A model generated the notes under the pieces. It was not told the DNA's origin, ran no database searches, and was given only the letters and a program-made list of their open reading frames with translations. A stretch of DNA of 37,261 bases from a virus. Its lineage: Duplodnaviria > Caudoviricetes. Location of the stretch: positions 1-37,261 of the IMG/VR virus record IMGVR_UViG_3300031999_002039, one strand, 5' to 3'. The translations under genes and the position numbers were made by a program. This document shows, one piece after another, positions 7,204-16,475 of this stretch; the first letter of the stretch is position 1, and each line of letters starts with the position of its first letter.

Positions 7204-8607
7204 ATGCCAACAAACCCGAGCATACCAATTAGCTTTCTAAATGACCATCTTTACGTCACTAAAGATGATTTTGTACCTGTCGTTGATAGTAGTTCTTTGA
7301 CCACGTATAAATCCAAAATTGAAACGTTGGATAAATACTTTTCTACTTCTGGTTCATCTTTGGTTGTATATTTTACTTCTAGGTCAATAAGTTCTTCATA
7401 TTCTGTTGATACTAATACAGCAAGTTATGTATATCCTGTAAGTTATTTCATGACGGCAAGTTGGACTCAAAATGTTGTGTGGAGCACAGTTGTTCAAACT
7501 GCAAGTTTAGCTTACAATTCTAATACATCCAGTAGATTACAAGGCATTGGCAATTCATATGAAAACGTTTTCGTTGTTAATACTATCGCTGCAACCACAG
7601 GCTCAGGGTATATTGCTATTGTAAGTAAAAACAATTTAACATCATCAATATCATTACCAGCCGTCAAAGCTAATAGTGTGTTTTTTAACAAGGATTATAC
7701 ACCGGGAACAAACGGATATGGCAAATTATTCTTCTTTGAAGACAATCAAACAAATACAGGAAAACTTGTTTTAGAAATAGGAGATGAATTTTCAGTTGTA
7801 AATGGTATTGGTCCTGATATTGAAACCATAGCCAGAACCAATGCGGGTATTCTTTTTCAGACAAGTGAAGCTGGTAATCTAAATGGATTTAATAGAACAG
7901 GAAGTTTGTTGTTCATTAAACCATATGACGGAAGAACTTATGCGAGAATTATTGAAGCTCAGGAATTTTCTTCAAGTATTACCTCCATACCAACGGTTGG
8001 TTTCTATGGAACGGCTAGTTATGCTATTAATTGTAGCACAAGTTTAGTATCGGCTCAGACTTTTCCTGTTGGTTGTATTGTTGGTATGGCTAGAGGCACA
8101 TCATCTATTGCCACATGGGCAACTTGTAGTGGAGAAATATACAGCACAGCTTCTTATTCGGCCTTGGGATTATTAACCGGAAAAGGTTTTGGTGAAACTA
8201 TGAGTATTGCTACATATAGTAAACCAAGAGATACTATCGCACCTACCGCATTGGGTGAGTTTACAATAACCGCGTCGGCGGGTGGTTCTGGTCTTTTTAA
8301 ATTAATATGGAATGGAACGGACATATATTTTATCAATGGCAGAACATCAAATTTTGTAAAAATAAGCGGATTAACCAACGGAACATACACGTATAACATT
8401 ACCGATTATGGATTTACACCGACAGAATCTATTAATTTTACAGCAAAAATAGGATTGAATGGACCTGATACTGGTAGCACATTTGTAACAGGAAGTTCAA
8501 ATTACAGATATCCAAACATGAGTCAAAATACATTTGTTCCAACAAGTAGTTATTTTTACACTACGTCTAGTTTAAGTCCTTTGACGTGGATGATTCAGAC
8601 GGGATAA
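7204..8607 (+). CDS. Tail fibre protein with tail-collar domain
   Basis: Likely start MPTNPSIPIS at 7204; FPVGCIVG...WATCSG.IYS..SY.AL...G..FG collar motif; paralogue of the next gene. Confidence 0.72.
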   Translation: MPTNPSIPISFLNDHLYVTKDDFVPVVDSSSLTTYKSKIETLDKYFSTSGSSLVVYFTSRSISSSYSVDTNTASYVYPVSYFMTASWTQNVVWSTVVQTASLAYNSNTSSRLQGIGNSYENVFVVNTIAATTGSGYIAIVSKNNLTSSISLPAVKANSVFFNKDYTPGTNGYGKLFFFEDNQTNTGKLVLEIGDEFSVVNGIGPDIETIARTNAGILFQTSEAGNLNGFNRTGSLLFIKPYDGRTYARIIEAQEFSSSITSIPTVGFYGTASYAINCSTSLVSAQTFPVGCIVGMARGTSSIATWATCSGEIYSTASYSALGLLTGKGFGETMSIATYSKPRDTIAPTALGEFTITASAGGSGLFKLIWNGTDIYFINGRTSNFVKISGLTNGTYTYNITDYGFTPTESINFTAKIGLNGPDTGSTFVTGSSNYRYPNMSQNTFVPTSSYFYTTSSLSPLTWMIQTG

Positions 8608-8610
8608 TTA

Positions 8611-8618
8611 TACTTATA
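8611..8618 (+). promoter_or_regulatory. Candidate phage late-promoter motif TACTTATA
   Basis: In the 19-nt gap before the ATG at 8627. Confidence 0.5.
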
Positions 8619-8626
8619 CATAGAAT

Positions 8627-10006
8627 ATGCCAAACAGTATTACAATTAGCGGGTTAAATGAACTAACTTACGTAACAGGAGATGATTTCTTAGCGTTTGT
8701 TGATAGTGGTTCTTTGACCACATTTAGAGTAAGCGTAAATACGTTGAAGAATTACTTTGCTTCATCAGGTTCAGTATTATCCGCATCTTTTGCCAGTCAA
8801 TCAATTAGCGCTTCATATACAGTCAATGCTGATACTGCTAGTTATCTATATCCAAGATTATATCTAATGACGGCAAGTTGGGCAAGCAATGTTGACCCAA
8901 CAACCGTAGTCGGAACGGCTAGTTTAGCTTATAATGCCAGAACTTCTAGTCATCTTGAAGGTGTAGGCAGTTCTTATGAAAATACTTTCATAGTAAATAC
9001 GTGGTTGGCTCCAACGGGGTCAGCGTATATTGCTATTCCAAGAAGAGTTAGAATGTTCTCCGTTGCTGGAAATTTAACATCAGTAAAGAGTGGCAGTCTA
9101 TTCCTCAACAAAGATTATGTTCCGGGTACTAATGGATATGGTAAGGCTTATTTCTTTGATGATAATTTACAAAGAGGAAAATTTGTTTTTGAAGTCGGTG
9201 ATTCTTACACAGCCGTAAATACCATAGGACCAAATATTGATGCTATAACATCCAACTCCAAGGGATTTTTATTTCAATCAAACGAAGCTGGCAATGTAAA
9301 CAACTTAGGTAGAACCGGTAGTTTATTGTTTATATCAGGTAGTGGAAGAACATACGGAAGAATTTTTGAAGCAAAAGAATTTTCTTCAAGTCTTACTACT
9401 ACAGGACAAGTAGGTTTCTATGGAACTGCCAGCTATGCTATTGGTGCAGATTTCAGTCTTGGTTCTGCCAATGTTATCCCAACAGGAATGATAGTAGGTT
9501 TTGCTGCTTCAGCTTCACAGACTCCTATGGGATGGTTGAATTGTGATGGGTCTGTCTATAATACATCAAGTTATTCTAATTTGACAGCATTAATAGGAAC
9601 TAATTATGGACCCGCATTAACTATCAATAGATACATAGTAGCTGAAACGATTACTACATATCACAATGCAGCAAACGGGTCGGTTAAAATTACTTGGGTG
9701 TCTGGTGGCTCTGGACTTTTCAGCCTTGCGTGGGGAGCAAGTACATATTACATCAATGCGACCACAGATACGAATGTAACTATTAGTGGATTGTCGGGAC
9801 CAGTAAATTACAACTATACCTTTACTGACCTTGGATTTACTCCTGTTGTAGCATACCCTCTTGTAGCTACAGTTCCTTATGGTGGCGCCGCATCTAGCAC
9901 CAATTTGGTTCTCAGTGCTGCTTCATATAGATTACCAAGAATATCAACGTCATATTTTCAAACTTATACTACACTTAATCCGTTGATTTGGATTATAAAA
10001 ACCTAA
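8627..10006 (+). CDS. Tail fibre protein with tail-collar domain
   Basis: IPTGMIVGFA...PMGWLNCDGS.Y....Y..L...IGTNYG collar motif; C-terminal LIWIIKT. Confidence 0.78.
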   Translation: MPNSITISGLNELTYVTGDDFLAFVDSGSLTTFRVSVNTLKNYFASSGSVLSASFASQSISASYTVNADTASYLYPRLYLMTASWASNVDPTTVVGTASLAYNARTSSHLEGVGSSYENTFIVNTWLAPTGSAYIAIPRRVRMFSVAGNLTSVKSGSLFLNKDYVPGTNGYGKAYFFDDNLQRGKFVFEVGDSYTAVNTIGPNIDAITSNSKGFLFQSNEAGNVNNLGRTGSLLFISGSGRTYGRIFEAKEFSSSLTTTGQVGFYGTASYAIGADFSLGSANVIPTGMIVGFAASASQTPMGWLNCDGSVYNTSSYSNLTALIGTNYGPALTINRYIVAETITTYHNAANGSVKITWVSGGSGLFSLAWGASTYYINATTDTNVTISGLSGPVNYNYTFTDLGFTPVVAYPLVATVPYGGAASSTNLVLSAASYRLPRISTSYFQTYTTLNPLIWIIKT

Positions 10007-10020
10007 GTATTGGTTATACT

Positions 10021-10728
10021 ATGAATGAGTTATACAAGTCTCTTTTCATTGAAAAGATATCAAATTTCGTTTGTTTCATCAAATATAGAAGTCACATCTA
10101 TTCATTTGAAAAACCATTTTTGTTAGATAAAAGTTCCGTCCCGCCAATGTTACAAGATTCGGTGATAAGTTTGATTGATTGCACAACTAATAAACAATAT
10201 TTCATGCACTTCGATGATATTCTTATGTTTCATACTAAACATGAAAATGATATATCAAAATCCGACGAAGAACTTTCAAAGTTGCTTGTGAATAATCAGA
10301 AAATCTTTTCACGATTAAAATTTCTAAAAGGAAGAAATCTATACGATTTGTTTTTTCGGTCTGATTTTGATGAAAGTAGATTTGAAAAAATAAAAAACAT
10401 TCAGTTGTTAGACGCATTACAATTAGATGATTTAGATGATTATACCAAATTAATCAAAAACGATAAATCAATAATCGAAGTGATAAGAGTTTTTTGGTAT
10501 TCAAAAATAATGGAACGGTATGATTCTGTAGTAAAATCATTGAATGAGGAATTTTCCGTTGCGGCGGATGATAATATAGCCGTAGAATTGAATGACATAA
10601 AAAACATCATTACAATAATTCCAAAAGAGGCTGAAAAAGAATTGTCTAATAGACACACTAGGGATGAAATATTGAGTTACTGGCCATTATTATTGTTACC
10701 ACGACCCGACATATTTGATATAAAATGA
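10021..10728 (+). CDS. Hypothetical protein with C-terminal tail-fibre-chaperone-like region
   Basis: Likely start MNELYK at 10021; ends ILSYWPLLLLPRPD; C-terminal half similar to 12013-12441. Confidence 0.55.
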   Translation: MNELYKSLFIEKISNFVCFIKYRSHIYSFEKPFLLDKSSVPPMLQDSVISLIDCTTNKQYFMHFDDILMFHTKHENDISKSDEELSKLLVNNQKIFSRLKFLKGRNLYDLFFRSDFDESRFEKIKNIQLLDALQLDDLDDYTKLIKNDKSIIEVIRVFWYSKIMERYDSVVKSLNEEFSVAADDNIAVELNDIKNIITIIPKEAEKELSNRHTRDEILSYWPLLLLPRPDIFDIK

Positions 10729-11366
10729 CGGTTTTTTTGATAAATATACCACCTAACACAGAGACACACGAATACAAATTGTGTTATGATGTGTTGAAAG
10801 ATTATTTCAAGAAATACAACATACAAACATTCACACTGGATAAGAATGAGTTTGACGTTCATCCATCTTGGCTCAAATTAAAATGTTTTGACTATGTGGA
10901 TGATGATTTTATATTGTGTTGGGATGTAGATTTGTTACCTAAAAAGAAGTGTCCTTCCATAACCAACGACCTAAACTTTGATAAAATCAACGCGGTTGTA
11001 GATACAATCCTCCACACAAACTCAACGACACCCCTATTCGATGCAAGCCAGTTTCGTTTTAACTGTGGTTTGGTGGGTATTCCACGAAAGTATAGGGGAT
11101 TGTTGGATAAGGTCTTTTTAGAAGCCAAAACGTCAACGTTACCCTCATATGAACAATATCCAATGAATAGTGAGTTGGCTAAAAATGAATTCAAAGACGT
11201 TCACGAATTGGATAAAAAATGGAACTGTATATTTCACCTTCCTACAGTTCCGAACAGTTTTTTAACTACATCTAACGTGGTTCATTACACCAGCATAGGA
11301 AGTAATGATATTAGAAGAAGTCTTATTGATTCTCACCACAAGTCATATTTCTTAAATAAGAATTAA
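10725..11366 (+). CDS. GT8-like (GT-A fold) glycosyltransferase
   Basis: SWLKL, ILCWDVD (DxD), FNCGLV, YEQ..MN, WN and VVHY motifs. Confidence 0.75.
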   Translation: MTVFLINIPPNTETHEYKLCYDVLKDYFKKYNIQTFTLDKNEFDVHPSWLKLKCFDYVDDDFILCWDVDLLPKKKCPSITNDLNFDKINAVVDTILHTNSTTPLFDASQFRFNCGLVGIPRKYRGLLDKVFLEAKTSTLPSYEQYPMNSELAKNEFKDVHELDKKWNCIFHLPTVPNSFLTTSNVVHYTSIGSNDIRRSLIDSHHKSYFLNKN

Positions 11367-11975
11367 CGTTTTTGATTTTATCATTTCGTTTAACTTTTTA
11401 CACTCAATTAACCACGGGTGTCCATCTGTAAAATTTTCGGTTCTCTGGATATTATTTGTCAATCCATAAACATCCCAATACCATCCACTTTTCATAAAAC
11501 TATCAAAGCCGGTGATGTATATTTTTTCATTTTTGAAATGATGTAAACAATACAGTATGGTTCTAAATCCTGTGCTGTAATCCATATCAACATCGAAATC
11601 TAACACCTTAATTTTGTCATAGAACGAACATTCTTTGAGTATTTTATCATCTTTGTTTTTCGTCCATAAAAACAATACAGACTTCAACCTATCAAAATCA
11701 ACGTCATTGGGAGCAAAGACCTTCTCAAAATTTTCAGTTATTGGTTCTGCAATTGTCTGTTTCCACAGACTGTATCTCTGTTCCTTTGATAACTTACAAC
11801 ACTCTAATATTTTAGACCAACACGAATATATGTCAATTTTTGTTCCAACATATTTCTCAAACCCATCTATTTTGAAATTATTCAATCGTATGACAATATC
11901 GGATTCATCTATAAATTTACCATTTTCGTTGGTCAGCGCTTTTGACCCATTGCCTATTATTATAATTCTGTTCAT
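11352..11975 (-). CDS. GT29 (sialyltransferase-like) protein
   Basis: Start MNRIIIIGNG at 11975; G.FID..DIVIRLN...VGTKID (sialylmotif-L-like); STGF...IYITGFD (motif-S-like); late H..E. Confidence 0.78.
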   Translation of the reverse strand: MNRIIIIGNGSKALTNENGKFIDESDIVIRLNNFKIDGFEKYVGTKIDIYSCWSKILECCKLSKEQRYSLWKQTIAEPITENFEKVFAPNDVDFDRLKSVLFLWTKNKDDKILKECSFYDKIKVLDFDVDMDYSTGFRTILYCLHHFKNEKIYITGFDSFMKSGWYWDVYGLTNNIQRTENFTDGHPWLIECKKLNEMIKSKTLILI

Positions 11976-12012
11976 AAACCAATTTGATGTTATCATAGAT
12001 ATGTATGTTATC

Positions 12013-12441
12013 ATGACAAAGAAACTGATATGGAAGTTGTTTTTTAATACTGGATTCACAGACCCTACAAAATTAATAGGGGAGGAAAGAACAAAGTATC
12101 TAGCATTCAAAGTTTTTGAATTTATGAATTCGGATAATGTAGAGGATTTTTTTGGGTTGATAAATAACAACAAAGAAACTCTCAATAGATTGAAGAGTGT
12201 GTGGTTGAAAAGGATTGATGAATCTAAGCAAAAGATATTAGCATATTTGGAGTCTGAACGATTACAAGCTACCGAAGAATCAGAAATCGCTGCTATAAAT
12301 GAAGTAAAACAACTTGTTATCGACTACGATTACGAATCGGATTACTCTGGGGTCAATACTTACAAGGATATTATATCGAAATGGCCCAATATTTTGTTGC
12401 CTGTTCCGACAGATGTTAATATACTCAATAAACTATTATGA
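12013..12441 (+). CDS. Tail-fibre-chaperone-like hypothetical protein
   Basis: Likely start MTKKLIW at 12013 (the upstream extension is antisense to the GT29 gene); ends IISKWPNILLPVPTD. Confidence 0.55.
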   Translation: MTKKLIWKLFFNTGFTDPTKLIGEERTKYLAFKVFEFMNSDNVEDFFGLINNNKETLNRLKSVWLKRIDESKQKILAYLESERLQATEESEIAAINEVKQLVIDYDYESDYSGVNTYKDIISKWPNILLPVPTDVNILNKLL

Positions 12442-13361
12442 ATTTTGCCGTAAAGAGAATGTCGTGGAAAGATGTGAAATTTTCCACAGGCCTCACATCT
12501 TCAAAAAATGAAAATTCTAACCAACTTTTCATTGATATGTTGTCATCTAAAGGTCTTGGTGGATTAGAAAAATACCCAAACATCGCTCAGTGTTACAATC
12601 AATTGATACACTATTTTCAGATAGAACCGGACTCAATCATCTTAGGTTTCGGAGGCGACCAACTGTTGAAAGATTTATTTGTGGTGTTAGACTACAATTC
12701 TATTCAGATTTTTAACCACAGTTATGAATTAGCCACGGTTTACAACCAAATACTGAATAAGAGTGTTTTATTGAATGATTACATCTTCGATGGAGAATTC
12801 AAAGTAAAGACGCCTATTGAGTTTGTAGGAGGCGACGTATTGTATTTGGTGAACCCACACTGTCCAACAGGTATAGAACTCTACGTGGAAGAGATAGAAA
12901 TACTGGCCACAAAGTTCAAATACATCATCATTGACGAAGCCTATAAAAATCCACTCAATATAGACCACAGACTTTTGAAGATTGATAACGTCATCGTTGT
13001 CAAAAGTTTTTCAAAGATTGGAGGGGTTCCCGGCTTACGATTTGGATATTGTCTGGCCAATAAATCAATCATTGAAAAGCTCAGAACGATAAAACCGTTG
13101 TATGAAATGAACAGTATTTCTGTAAAATACTTGAACTACATTCTCCACAACCCACAAGTTTTAGACGACCATCTGATGGAAATGGGCAAGACCTACGACA
13201 TATTGAAGGTCATAAACGGTGGGTTTAGTGTCCGTGTAGGAAATTTTGCTACATTTGAATGCTTTGGAAAATTATCAGGTAAATTCTATTCTATTGATGG
13301 AAAAACTTTCGTAAGAACAACACTGACAGATGTTGACAACTATAAGAGGTTATTGTTATGA
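12438..13361 (+). CDS. PLP-dependent class I/II aminotransferase or decarboxylase (HisC/CobD-like)
   Basis: GFGGD, NPHCPTG, DEAY and SFSKIGGVPGLRFGY (PLP lysine) motifs. Confidence 0.88.
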   Translation: MNFAVKRMSWKDVKFSTGLTSSKNENSNQLFIDMLSSKGLGGLEKYPNIAQCYNQLIHYFQIEPDSIILGFGGDQLLKDLFVVLDYNSIQIFNHSYELATVYNQILNKSVLLNDYIFDGEFKVKTPIEFVGGDVLYLVNPHCPTGIELYVEEIEILATKFKYIIIDEAYKNPLNIDHRLLKIDNVIVVKSFSKIGGVPGLRFGYCLANKSIIEKLRTIKPLYEMNSISVKYLNYILHNPQVLDDHLMEMGKTYDILKVINGGFSVRVGNFATFECFGKLSGKFYSIDGKTFVRTTLTDVDNYKRLLL

Positions 13362-14053
13362 AAGTAGTAATTGTAGGAAATGGTAAATGTGCTCTTAACA
13401 ATAAGAATGGAAAATTCATTGATGGGTGTGATGTAGTTGTCCGAATCAAGAACTTTCAGACGATTGGTTTTGAAGAGTTTGTAGGTGAAAAGATAACCCT
13501 CTTTTCAAGCAAATGGTTTTCTTGGTTTGATAGACATACCAACGAACCATTAAAATTTGATTTCTTGGATAGAGTTAATGACTATCTGTTCATGTTTTAT
13601 GACCCATTCAAAAGGCACAATTTCAGTGAAATTGCTTATAGGAAACTTTATGAGGAATTACAGTTGAAAAACGAATTCCACGACAGCATAATTGGAACTC
13701 CTGAATTGCATAGTAGATATTTGAAAGAATTTGGAATAGACAATAAGACGATTCATTATATGTCTCCAGAAGAAATTGAAGAGTTGGTGATTAGACAACT
13801 GAAATTCAACCCTGACAAATATCTGACCCCATCAGGCAAATTAGTAGAACCTACATGTGGCATAAGAACCATACACAAGATGTTAAATCTCTATAAGAAC
13901 GATGAAATCTTTATCACAGGCTTTGATGGGTTTATGACTACTTGGTATTGGAATGAGTCTCATAAAAAGAATCCGGCACATGCTTACATCAATGAGATTT
14001 TGTATTTGAAGAGACTTGCCAAGAGTGGTAGAGTGAAAAATTTGGATGAATAA
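13358..14053 (+). CDS. GT29 (sialyltransferase-like) protein
   Basis: VVIVGNG..G.FIDGCDVVVRIKN..VG.K; PTCG; FITGFD; HAYINE. Confidence 0.78.
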   Translation: MKVVIVGNGKCALNNKNGKFIDGCDVVVRIKNFQTIGFEEFVGEKITLFSSKWFSWFDRHTNEPLKFDFLDRVNDYLFMFYDPFKRHNFSEIAYRKLYEELQLKNEFHDSIIGTPELHSRYLKEFGIDNKTIHYMSPEEIEELVIRQLKFNPDKYLTPSGKLVEPTCGIRTIHKMLNLYKNDEIFITGFDGFMTTWYWNESHKKNPAHAYINEILYLKRLAKSGRVKNLDE

Positions 14054-14672
14054 TTCTCCGTCAGTTATTATTGTTGGAAAAGGAACTTCTCTTCTTGGGA
14101 AAGAATTGGGTAGTGTCATAGATGCGTTTGATATAGTCATTCGTGTCAATCATATGCCTACGGATACGAATGTACAAAAACACATAGGAGCAAAAACTAC
14201 CATATTTTCTTCCATACCTGTTAGGAAAATTACAGAATATTGGAATGATATAGTGGCCATTAAAAAATTGTGGATAGGTAAATCGTGGGAAATAGAACGA
14301 AATAATGTAAAATACCAAGGTTACTACAAAATTATTGATGATGCTAATAAAGAAGGAGTGGATGTGAAATTTTTAAGTAAAGAAGAATACACACATCTTG
14401 TAGAGGAATTTTCTGGGTTTGGGGAAGTGTTTTGTTCATCGGATGGTGAGTGGGGCCTTTGTATTCCTGATACAGGAGTAACTACCATTCTCAGTGCGAT
14501 ACATAGATTTGAAGGCAGCAAAATCTGTGTTTGTGGATTTGATTTCTATGTAGATAAAACGAATGTATTTGACTATGAATACAATCTCCGTCTTATTGGA
14601 ACAGAACCGATAATGAAACAAATTTTGTATTACAAGAAGTTATTATACAGTGGAAAAATCTATGAGTTATGA
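14046..14672 (+). CDS. GT29 (sialyltransferase-like) protein
   Basis: IIVGKG..LGSVIDAFDIVIRVN..HIGAKTT; PDTG; VCGFD. Confidence 0.75.
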   Translation: MNNSPSVIIVGKGTSLLGKELGSVIDAFDIVIRVNHMPTDTNVQKHIGAKTTIFSSIPVRKITEYWNDIVAIKKLWIGKSWEIERNNVKYQGYYKIIDDANKEGVDVKFLSKEEYTHLVEEFSGFGEVFCSSDGEWGLCIPDTGVTTILSAIHRFEGSKICVCGFDFYVDKTNVFDYEYNLRLIGTEPIMKQILYYKKLLYSGKIYEL

Positions 14673-15546
14673 GAATGAACATCTGAATAAGAGGATTAGT
14701 AGGTATGATATAAATACTAAGGCTGCATCCTTTACCACGACATTGAAAGGATTGGCCATCATTGTTCTTAACATTACGGAACTATGCACACGAAAATGTT
14801 CGTTCTGTCCCAGAACCAATCCTGAGATATATCCAAACCAAAATATTCACATGACAAAGGAAACGGCGTTTCTGATATCTGAGAAGTGTAAATTGGACGG
14901 ATATACTGGAGATATCCATATTTCAGGCTTTGGAGAACCATTACTCAACAGAAACATATTGGAACTTTTGACAAATATCCGTGTCAATCTTCCAAACAAT
15001 CATATCATCCTTACATCCAATGGTGATAGGATGACGATTGATTACATGAAATCTCTGTATTCCTCAGGTGTCAATTACATTTCTATTAGTTGTTACGAAG
15101 AACCATTGTATGCAAAGTTTGAAAAGATGTTTGCTGATTGTGATGTTCCACAGGAAAATTTCAAGATAAGAAAGTTGTGGTTCATTGAGAATGAAAATAC
15201 AAGTGAATTTGTAGAACGAAACACTTTTCACAATGCTGGTGGAACTTTACCGGGCGACAACGATAAAGTAAAGAATAATCCATGTTATTTTCCATTCTAC
15301 AAGATGATGGTTGACTGGAATGGGGATGTATTGTTATGTTGTGAGGATTGGTTACGAAAGGCCGGCACATTCGGTAATCTTACAAGAGATAGTCTGAGTG
15401 AGGTATGGCATGGTCAAAAATTCAATGAGATTAGAATGGGATTATTGAACAAGAACAGGGCATGTAACAATGCCTGTAAGAATTGTAGTATCAATGGTCT
15501 TTTGATGGGGTATGATAGTGTCAAAGTTCTTGAGTCAATTTTATGA
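14662..15546 (+). CDS. Radical SAM enzyme with SPASM/twitch domain
   Basis: CTRKCSFC, GFGEP, TSNG; C-terminal PCYFPF..DWNGDVLLCC..GN..W..CKNC. Confidence 0.9.
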   Translation: MSYENEHLNKRISRYDINTKAASFTTTLKGLAIIVLNITELCTRKCSFCPRTNPEIYPNQNIHMTKETAFLISEKCKLDGYTGDIHISGFGEPLLNRNILELLTNIRVNLPNNHIILTSNGDRMTIDYMKSLYSSGVNYISISCYEEPLYAKFEKMFADCDVPQENFKIRKLWFIENENTSEFVERNTFHNAGGTLPGDNDKVKNNPCYFPFYKMMVDWNGDVLLCCEDWLRKAGTFGNLTRDSLSEVWHGQKFNEIRMGLLNKNRACNNACKNCSINGLLMGYDSVKVLESIL

Positions 15547-16475
15547 GTTCCAAAAGAATAGCATTTGTCTGTGATGAAGATTTACCAAACTATTTGGTGA
15601 ATCCGAAACGTTATGATTATCTCCAAGGTAAACATAGTGCCACAGGCTATTACTATTGGATACTCAAAAACCACGGAATTGAGAACATAGAATTGGTAGG
15701 ATTGGATGCCAACCTCAATGATTATGACGTAGTAGTAATTTACTATGACAACAAGGATATTTTACAACCGAATCGAAAGTATAAGGTAATCCAATCAGTT
15801 TCAGACCGACCACAGATAGAGGGGTGTGACTTGTATATTTGCTGCAATTACAGCACTATCAAGCCAATTTTGGATGTGGAATTGGTGAAAAGATGTGGGG
15901 TGGGGTTAAAACACGTCTTAAAGGGGTCGTGGCACTATATTCACTACCCCATGGCGTTAAATTACAAGAAGTGTAATCCGGTATGGCCACCGTCAATATA
16001 CCACTTTACAGGGCGACAAAACACCTTGATTGAAGAACTGTATTCGGATGTGTTTATAGACCACATGAAATCGAAAGGCATTAATCTACGATTTGATTTT
16101 CTTACCGACCACAATAACGGTGATGAAGACGTGTATTTTTGTGTCAGAAACAATAAGACATATTACTCAGAGATTTGTGGTGGAAACAACGTGGACACAG
16201 CATTGGGACAGAAAACAGCCAACAGACTTTATCAGGCGTGGAAGATGGGTACACCATCAATTTTCCATTCTAATTCGGCAATGTTTTCAATCAGAAAATC
16301 GGAGTATGATTTCTTGATTGCTGATACCGTTGATGAATTTGAAGATGCTTGTATTCGTTTGAAGACGAATGAAATCCTATTTAAGAACATGGTTGATGTG
16401 TGTAATAAAAGACAAAATGAACACACCAACGAAGACATAGTGAAACAGTGGATGAAAGGTTTTAGTTTGATATGA
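15543..16475 (+). CDS. Putative GT-B fold glycosyltransferase
   Basis: C-terminal KTANRLYQAWKMGTPSI resembles the K..RL...W..G.P.I donor-binding segment of GT-B enzymes; gene context agrees. Confidence 0.55.
   Translation: MSSKRIAFVCDEDLPNYLVNPKRYDYLQGKHSATGYYYWILKNHGIENIELVGLDANLNDYDVVVIYYDNKDILQPNRKYKVIQSVSDRPQIEGCDLYICCNYSTIKPILDVELVKRCGVGLKHVLKGSWHYIHYPMALNYKKCNPVWPPSIYHFTGRQNTLIEELYSDVFIDHMKSKGINLRFDFLTDHNNGDEDVYFCVRNNKTYYSEICGGNNVDTALGQKTANRLYQAWKMGTPSIFHSNSAMFSIRKSEYDFLIADTVDEFEDACIRLKTNEILFKNMVDVCNKRQNEHTNEDIVKQWMKGFSLI

Noticed and set aside
7204-10006. Diversity-generating retroelement or invertase-based fibre switching
   Set aside because: No reverse transcriptase or recombinase in the window; the paralogues differ throughout rather than only at adenines, and no flanking inverted repeats were noticed.
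11635-12185. Long N-terminal extensions of track ORFs 11635-12441 (+) and 11352-12185 (-), likewise 18995-19786
   Set aside because: The extensions are antisense overlaps of real genes; family motifs begin at 12013, 11975 and 19127.
12438-13361. Assigning hisC or cobD as a metabolic auxiliary gene
   Set aside because: The fold is clear but the substrate is not; no his or cob pathway genes are nearby and the context is glycan modification.
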